IMG/VR virus record: IMGVR_UViG_3300025849_003059
Span: 15,929 to 79,928 of that record
DNA: 64,000 nt
Origin: a virus
Strand: one strand, 5' to 3'
The notes beneath the pieces were generated by a model. That model saw only the letters and a list, made by a program, of their open reading frames with translations, was not told where the DNA came from and did not search any database. Every line of letters begins with the position of its first letter. Within the stretch, counting starts at the first letter, position 1. Below, in pieces: positions 58,139 to 64,000 of the stretch. The position numbers and the translations under genes were made by a program.

Positions 58139-59434
58139 TTATAAATCAATTCTAACGATAAAATTGAGTGCCATATCTGGATAATTTTTTATTGGTTTAG
58201 GTAACTTTGCCACTGCTACCATGTTATTGTTATCATCATACAACCCTATTGTTGATACGAATGTTGTTAAATATGAACCAGTCGGGTCTGTTATTGTCTT
58301 TGAATAGTAATCATCCCATGAACCTGTTATTGAACCAGTAGTTCCATAGTATTCTTCTTTTCTACTAATATCTGTTATTTCTTTTATTTTTCTTGCCCCT
58401 CCTGGTCTAACATTGAAAATCTCAGTTGTTTCAAAATCATATGAACCACTTAGAGTTACATTTACCGCAGATGGGTTTTGTGAATAATTAAATTCGCAAT
58501 CTTTTACAGAACAAAGAACTTCCAATTCATTTAATGTTTTAGTAGAACGATATTGTAAATCATATGTTGTAACATCTTCTAAACTAACATCATTGTGAAC
58601 ATCGTGTGTGGTAATTGCTATTAAACCATCTTGATATAATACATTACCATACTGTAATGGTTTTAATGGTGAACCTAAGAAATTTAAAGGTTCTGTAAAA
58701 TGTATTGTACCTTGTGTTCTAATATCAGATGAACCTGAAATATATTCTCCACCAATATCGTTTGTAAACATATCCCATCGTTCAAGTGTATGAATATCAG
58801 TATCACCTTCTAATGTTAATGTCATTGTAGGATTCATTAAATCCAACCCATAACTAAGTTTTACAGATTCAGTTACAAGTGTATCCGATACCTTAAGATA
58901 TACTCCTTTATCTAAATCTCCATTATTACTTAATGAACCAGTTCCAAATGAACCAAAATCTGCATCTAAAAATTGATATTTTTTTCGTTCACCTACAAGA
59001 TTTCCAAATCCATCATCATAAATTAAAGAACCAGAGTTTAATTGGTCTGAATAAAGCTTTACTGAACCTGGTTTTATCCCTTCACCCACTCTACTTTGAG
59101 TTATTGGTATTAAGAAAAGAGTTTCATCGATTCTTCTTTCATTTGAAAAATCTCCCATATCTGTTACCATACCAAACATATTTATTAAACCATTATCGGT
59201 AAAATACTTGTGTTTAATAGATTGATACATTGGGTATTTATGGAAAGAATCATTAATAGAACCACTTATAGTTCTATCAAATGAACTACTATCAAATTGT
59301 CCACTACCTGTATGATATACAGAACTCTTATCATATATCTTTAATACAGGATAATCTGCATGAGTTGCAGCAAATCTTTTATAAACTTTAAATTGTCTAT
59401 TAGATACGTTTGATTTTGGTATGTTCTTTAGCAT
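58139..59434 (-). CDS. Putative virion structural protein (SGS-rich; C-terminus paralogous to the 59511 gene)
   Basis: EFNYSQNPS...STIGLYDDNNNMVAVAKLPKPI. Confidence 0.65.
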   Translation of the reverse strand: MLKNIPKSNVSNRQFKVYKRFAATHADYPVLKIYDKSSVYHTGSGQFDSSSFDRTISGSINDSFHKYPMYQSIKHKYFTDNGLINMFGMVTDMGDFSNERRIDETLFLIPITQSRVGEGIKPGSVKLYSDQLNSGSLIYDDGFGNLVGERKKYQFLDADFGSFGTGSLSNNGDLDKGVYLKVSDTLVTESVKLSYGLDLMNPTMTLTLEGDTDIHTLERWDMFTNDIGGEYISGSSDIRTQGTIHFTEPLNFLGSPLKPLQYGNVLYQDGLIAITTHDVHNDVSLEDVTTYDLQYRSTKTLNELEVLCSVKDCEFNYSQNPSAVNVTLSGSYDFETTEIFNVRPGGARKIKEITDISRKEEYYGTTGSITGSWDDYYSKTITDPTGSYLTTFVSTIGLYDDNNNMVAVAKLPKPIKNYPDMALNFIVRIDL

Positions 59435-59449
59435 ATATTTACTCCTCTA

Positions 59450-59457
59450 TATAAATA
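59450..59457 (-). promoter_or_regulatory. TATTTATA putative late-promoter motif
   Basis: Lies between the terminator and the AGAGGAG RBS of the 59434 gene. Confidence 0.6.
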
Positions 59458-59462
59458 TATCG

Positions 59463-59492
59463 AAACAAAAAACCCCACTCACGGTGGGGTTT
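59463..59492 (-). terminator. Rho-independent terminator
   Basis: Minus strand AAACCCCAC-cgtga-GTGGGGTTT followed by TTTGTTT, just after the 59511 stop. Confidence 0.85.
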
Positions 59493-59510
59493 ATTAGAGG
59501 TTAAGTTATT

Positions 59511-60746
59511 TTAAAAATCAAGTTTAACTTTTATAAGTACTTCTTTATCAAATGATTTTTCAATAGGTTGTGAAGTTTTAGCCACTGCTAACATTTCGTT
59601 AGCATCGTTATAAAGTCCAATTGATGTTATGTAAGTTCTAGGGTCTTTTTCAAATGATGATTCTCTAAAAGTACCATCTGAACCGCTTACAAACGTTGGG
59701 TTATTTGAAAAGTTAAATTCTCTGTTCTGTGCTCTTACAAAGTAGTGAGATGTAGAAAGATTTTCTACTCTTCTTGCTTGGAAATCACCACCACGTTCTA
59801 ACATATGATGTATTAAGTATTGGTTCTTTCCTTCATAATCAAATCCTTTGTAAAGTGATGCAAGTTCGTTTGAACCACTGTCAACACTTAAACCAACTTC
59901 AGCCATAATAGCTGATGGGTTAAGTACTATTAAACCTTGGTCTGGATAAAACTTACCATATCCTTGTCCTTCTGCAGCTGATGCACTTGAGTAAAGTTGT
60001 TTTATTGTTGCTGGGTTCTCTGTTCCTAAGTTAAGTGAACCACTTGCAATATTAAACACTCTTCCCGCTTTTCCTACGGTATCTGAGAATTTCTTACCAC
60101 TATCATCAATATATCTAAAAGTACCATTAGAACCACTTAAAATGAATTCTAAGTTACCAGGGTCAACTGATTCTTTATAGCGGGCACGTGCTATGTTGAT
60201 AACAAAAATATCATCTGAATCTATTGAAGTACCTGAAGCAGATGCAAATGAGAATAACTCATCATCTTGTTCTAGTAGTATTTGTCTATATTGAGCGTAA
60301 GTTGCTTTGGATGCTTGGGTAGATGTATCATCATTTCCTAATGAAGTTGAACCACTACCATATTTGTTACCAAATGCTACTGCGTATTGTACTTCTGCAG
60401 ATGCATCAGTACCAGGGTCTGTTGAATATACATTTAAATAATATTCTGTTGAAGCTGCAGTTTGTGCTGATGAAGTAAAGAAATTAGATAGAGAACCAGT
60501 ATCACCAGTCCAAAGACCAGTTGTTACAGTTTCTACTTTTCCTTGTACAGTATCAAACTCTCCAAATCTTTTATAGATTCCAGTCGAAAGGTTTCCACCT
60601 TGTGCTGCAACTTTATCACCACCACTTAAATATTGGTTGATGATTTCCGATAATTGTTCAGAAGTAACGTTACCATTCTGAGAAGATAGATATGCTGCTA
60701 AATCAGATGATAGATTTACTCCTGCTTGTCCTGTTATTTGTGCCAT
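59511..60746 (-). CDS. Putative virion structural protein (SGS-rich)
   Basis: EFNFSNNPT...TSIGLYNDANEMLAVAKTSQPI, paralogous to the 58139 gene. Confidence 0.65.
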   Translation of the reverse strand: MAQITGQAGVNLSSDLAAYLSSQNGNVTSEQLSEIINQYLSGGDKVAAQGGNLSTGIYKRFGEFDTVQGKVETVTTGLWTGDTGSLSNFFTSSAQTAASTEYYLNVYSTDPGTDASAEVQYAVAFGNKYGSGSTSLGNDDTSTQASKATYAQYRQILLEQDDELFSFASASGTSIDSDDIFVINIARARYKESVDPGNLEFILSGSNGTFRYIDDSGKKFSDTVGKAGRVFNIASGSLNLGTENPATIKQLYSSASAAEGQGYGKFYPDQGLIVLNPSAIMAEVGLSVDSGSNELASLYKGFDYEGKNQYLIHHMLERGGDFQARRVENLSTSHYFVRAQNREFNFSNNPTFVSGSDGTFRESSFEKDPRTYITSIGLYNDANEMLAVAKTSQPIEKSFDKEVLIKVKLDF

Positions 60747-60763
60747 CTTTTATAGTTCCTTAA

Positions 60764-61393
60764 TTATTTTGGCTGTACATATGTAACTGTTACTGGAATA
60801 GTTTGTGAACCACCAGTTTCATTACCATATACAGTAATCGTTGTTTTAATAGTTGCTGTAATATTTGGATTAGCAATAAATGTAAATGATAATCCAGTTT
60901 CAATTGCAGCAGTTGTAGTAATTTCATCACCAAGTGCTAGAGGAATTGTACCTGAAGTTGCTGCTAAACCTTGTCCTACAATAGAACCTGCATTCTTGTT
61001 TGAAAGAATAATAGTATATCCACTTTGTGAATTACCAGCTGGTGAAGTTGTTGGAGTAAGAGATACTTGACCTGAATTCTGATTTACAGAAACCGAAGGA
61101 ATACCAAATTCTACTTTTGGAATTTTCTTTGTACCCTTTGGTAAAGTTACCAATTTATATTTTAATGCCTGAGTTTCATCTGGTGAAGCCTCAGTAATTG
61201 GGATTGCTTTAATTGCTGCATCATAATAAGCACTACCCTTTGGATGTGCCGGTTCGTATAATGAGTAATCTATCTCATCATCACCTAATGCGAATTTTGT
61301 GATGTTTAATCCACCACCGTTTGCTAGTAGTTCTCTACCCTTTCTTGTAAGGATAGCATCTACTGTAATTTCTGCGTTATCTAAATATGCCAT
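60764..61393 (-). CDS. Putative tail/baseplate structural protein
   Basis: VDAILTRKGRELLA...ITKFALGDDEIDY resembles baseplate/fibre N-terminal segments. Confidence 0.55.
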   Translation of the reverse strand: MAYLDNAEITVDAILTRKGRELLANGGGLNITKFALGDDEIDYSLYEPAHPKGSAYYDAAIKAIPITEASPDETQALKYKLVTLPKGTKKIPKVEFGIPSVSVNQNSGQVSLTPTTSPAGNSQSGYTIILSNKNAGSIVGQGLAATSGTIPLALGDEITTTAAIETGLSFTFIANPNITATIKTTITVYGNETGGSQTIPVTVTYVQPK

Positions 61394-61418
61394 AATTGTT
61401 CCTCTATGTTATTCAATA

Positions 61419-61426
61419 TATAAATA
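61419..61426 (-). promoter_or_regulatory. TATTTATA putative late-promoter motif
   Basis: Intergenic, upstream of the 61393 start. Confidence 0.6.
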
Positions 61427-61450
61427 TAACTATTTTTAAAATTATTGTTT

Positions 61451-64000
61451 TTATTTCTTATCAACCTCTAAAATTGGTTCACCTTTTCCTCTTGCTGTAT
61501 CAGAAACTTTAAGAATATTAGGATTCGTACAGAAAGTTTCTACAGGTGAACGACCATCTAAAGTTGTTCTTGATGTTTGTATTGAAGGAGATTTAAATCC
61601 TCTTTTACCATATTTATCACCTAAGTTTGAACCTGGTAATCTTCCACCATTTGAATTAGCTGCAACAGCAGATAAAATATTATCTCCACTTGGTGCAGGG
61701 TCTCCTATTTCATTAAACACTACTATTTTTCTTGTTTTAGTAACATCAACCAATCTATATAGTGGTTCTTTGAACCATCTTTTACCATCGGCAGTTTTCT
61801 GACCAGTACCAGGAATTGCTTGTCTTTCCTTTTCTGTATATTGTTCAGTTACAATCCAAACTTGTTTTCTTTCTTTTATCAATCTTCCATTACCATCTAA
61901 ACGAGTAATATTTGCAACTCCATTTCTAGCAAGAATTCCAGCAAGACCATTTCTAAGATTTCTTGGGTCTATACCAATTTGTGATTGACCACCTCGAACA
62001 TCAAACTGTCTTAATAACTGTTGAATTTTAAGTGTATCTGTAATTCTACCATCTTGTAAATCAACAGAAGATACAAATGTTGGTCCAACACTTCTTAAAA
62101 TACCATTATACTGACTTCTATTAAATGTAAATCTTGGAGTAAATCTTCTTAAAATACCAGGATTTATTCTTCTTGCATCAGTTTTAAACTTAAATCTATC
62201 AAAAAGATTCACACGAGTATCTTGTCTTTTAATATTTTGTGGTCTGATTTTAACTGTATCTCTTAAATTAATCGTAGGTTGTTTAATTTTTGCAAGAACA
62301 TCAATAGCAGTTGGTTTTTTATGCTCTACTTTACTTCTTTCAAGTATATGTGGTTCAATTAATAATCCACTTGATGTAATTGCTCTAGCAGGAACAAGTG
62401 TTTCTAGTGTTTCAAACAAGGATTGGTCTATATATCTTACTAATTGAATATATTCATAAAGATTTATTGTATATCTTTCAAAATAATAGTTTCTAAGTTT
62501 CTTTAATTCAGTATATTCGTGATTATATCTATCATTAGGGTCTCCAATATACTCATCTAATTCAAATTGTCCGATTGATTTAAGGATATCATTGTTAATC
62601 TCTTTAATTGGTGAGAAAAATAATCCTAATTTGTTAGAATCAATTGGTGCAGTATCAAATGATTTTTTAGTTGAACGTTCTCTATAAGAAAGACTTAATC
62701 CATTTGTTATATTTTCTGTTGGTGATAGAGCCTCTTGTACTTCAAATCTAAATTTATTACCAACATTAAATCCACTTGAAGGAACATTTGCAGTTACAGT
62801 TCTTTCATATGTTGTATAATGATATGGATAAGTACTATTACTATCAAAGTTTGATGCAGTTACAAAATCAACGTCATATGTTTCGTTAATTGAAACATTT
62901 TTAATAGAAGTATCTGCATTTCTATCTTTTGGATATTCAAAATCTAAACGAAGAATTAAATCTTCGGTAGAAGATGAATGATGATTTCCATCAATTGCAT
63001 CTGGCATTAAAGTATGGTTATCAATTCTTGATTCTGATAATGCGGTTGTCCAATATCTAAATTCATCAACTGAACCTGTAAATGTAGAACCACCGATTGT
63101 TAATTGGTTATCCAATTCCCAAGATGAAGTAGGTACATTATTAATTGACATTGATACTGCATTTCTAATTCGTTCATTAAAAGCTTCTTTTGCAAATACT
63201 TCAAACGAACCAGTTCCAAGATGTTGTACTACAATCTGAGTATATTCTTCATTAAAGAATGGCATTAGTTCAGATGATTGCGATAATATTGTAGAACCAC
63301 TTAAATATTGGAATTCTACTTTACCTTGAGTACCAGTGCCAGGATAGACAACACCAACATTCCACCCACTTGATGATATAAATGTTTGAGTTTGTCTTTC
63401 TTCTGTATTCAATCGAATTTCAACTGAATTTGGATGGTCTACTGTTTCTGTATATTCTTTCCATGGAATCAATATAGATTCAGAACCACTTATGTTTATT
63501 GCAGCAGTTCTATCTTCAAATGAATACTTAGTTACACCACCATCTCCATTTCTTGGTCCACCAAACTCCATTATAGTTAACATTGATGAAGGAACTCCAT
63601 AACAAGCAAGTGCTGCTTTTACTGCTCTACTTGAACCTTTGTGTTTCATCAAGTAAGGTAAGTTATTTAGTAATCTTCTCCAAACTTCGTTCTGTCTATC
63701 CTTACCCGTCATTGAGTTTACAGAAGTACCATCTTCTGTTGTACCAAATGCATATTGCCAAAGTGCCTGTGCGTTAGCACCCATTTTAGCATCCCATCCA
63801 AGAGATTTTAACATTTGAGATAGTAATCCATCCCTTATACCACTTGAATATTTGTGTTCTAAATTTTTCTTTTCTGCTATTGATTTTGTATAAGACCAAA
63901 GAACATCAAAATGATGACCCATCATATTAAAGAATGTGATAAACTCAGGTCCTTCTTGGTCATCAATTACATGCTGTGGTAAATTATTTACTAAGAAATC
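61451..64000 (-). CDS. Large structural protein with LamG-like segment (5' truncated by the window edge)
   Basis: The frame stays open from 63925 to 64000 (DFLVNNLPQHVIDDQEGPEFITFFN). It contains LTIGGSTFTGSVDEFRYWTTALS. Confidence 0.7.
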   Translation of the reverse strand, partial: DFLVNNLPQHVIDDQEGPEFITFFNMMGHHFDVLWSYTKSIAEKKNLEHKYSSGIRDGLLSQMLKSLGWDAKMGANAQALWQYAFGTTEDGTSVNSMTGKDRQNEVWRRLLNNLPYLMKHKGSSRAVKAALACYGVPSSMLTIMEFGGPRNGDGGVTKYSFEDRTAAINISGSESILIPWKEYTETVDHPNSVEIRLNTEERQTQTFISSSGWNVGVVYPGTGTQGKVEFQYLSGSTILSQSSELMPFFNEEYTQIVVQHLGTGSFEVFAKEAFNERIRNAVSMSINNVPTSSWELDNQLTIGGSTFTGSVDEFRYWTTALSESRIDNHTLMPDAIDGNHHSSSTEDLILRLDFEYPKDRNADTSIKNVSINETYDVDFVTASNFDSNSTYPYHYTTYERTVTANVPSSGFNVGNKFRFEVQEALSPTENITNGLSLSYRERSTKKSFDTAPIDSNKLGLFFSPIKEINNDILKSIGQFELDEYIGDPNDRYNHEYTELKKLRNYYFERYTINLYEYIQLVRYIDQSLFETLETLVPARAITSSGLLIEPHILERSKVEHKKPTAIDVLAKIKQPTINLRDTVKIRPQNIKRQDTRVNLFDRFKFKTDARRINPGILRRFTPRFTFNRSQYNGILRSVGPTFVSSVDLQDGRITDTLKIQQLLRQFDVRGGQSQIGIDPRNLRNGLAGILARNGVANITRLDGNGRLIKERKQVWIVTEQYTEKERQAIPGTGQKTADGKRWFKEPLYRLVDVTKTRKIVVFNEIGDPAPSGDNILSAVAANSNGGRLPGSNLGDKYGKRGFKSPSIQTSRTTLDGRSPVETFCTNPNILKVSDTARGKGEPILEVDKK

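Noticed and set aside
326-63777. Plus-strand ORFs in the track and short out-of-frame minus-strand ORFs (for example 7462-7647)
   Set aside because: They are shadows of long, motif-bearing genes and have no RBS or recognisable motifs. Only 49437-49598 is supported on the plus strand.
1-64000. Stop-codon reassignment, as in some jumbo phages
   Set aside because: The standard code gives intact full-length genes at high coding density. TAG (1059) and TGA act as normal stops next to RBS or start codons.
1-64000. tRNA, rRNA or CRISPR arrays
   Set aside because: Intergenic gaps are mostly under 100 bp, and I saw no cloverleaf or repeat-spacer pattern. The 33-bp repeat is coding and has no spacers.

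Overview
This window is an AT-rich segment of a jumbo tailed phage with T4-like head morphogenesis genes. All supported genes lie on the minus strand except one small plus-strand RHH-like gene. By coordinate: (1) 1-14.6 kb is the head module, with prohead protease, portal, large terminase and many probable internal head proteins. These share a capsid-targeting-like N-terminus and (I/L/V)xE linkers. One is a 1225-aa polyprotein combining NMNAT-like, CCA-type HD and KxDG ligase-like domains. (2) 14.6-38.1 kb is a gap-free glycan biosynthesis island. It encodes NDP-sugar epimerases/reductases, RfbC, a split TPP-dependent E1 alpha/beta pair, a cytidylyltransferase, six radical SAM paralogues, three GT7 enzymes with a LamG domain inserted in the catalytic fold, GT2, GT4, a methyltransferase and GT10-like proteins. 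(3) 38.2-49.4 kb holds an Ig/BACON-like adhesin and a 2573-aa tail fibre with an S74 chaperone. (4) 49.4-58.1 kb holds the RHH regulator, a single-ORF Mre11-Rad50 (gp47-gp46) fusion, primase and a GIY-YIG protein, interleaved with more glycan-modifying genes. (5) 58.1-64 kb holds Ser-Gly-Ser-rich structural genes. Two TTTG-N20-TATATTTG promoters suggest a Bacteroidota host. A TATTTATA motif, the reverse complement of the T4 late promoter, precedes virion genes and the glycan island. GATC appears avoided. I found no tRNA, rRNA, CRISPR array or integrase. All family assignments come from motifs recognised by eye; no database searches were run.
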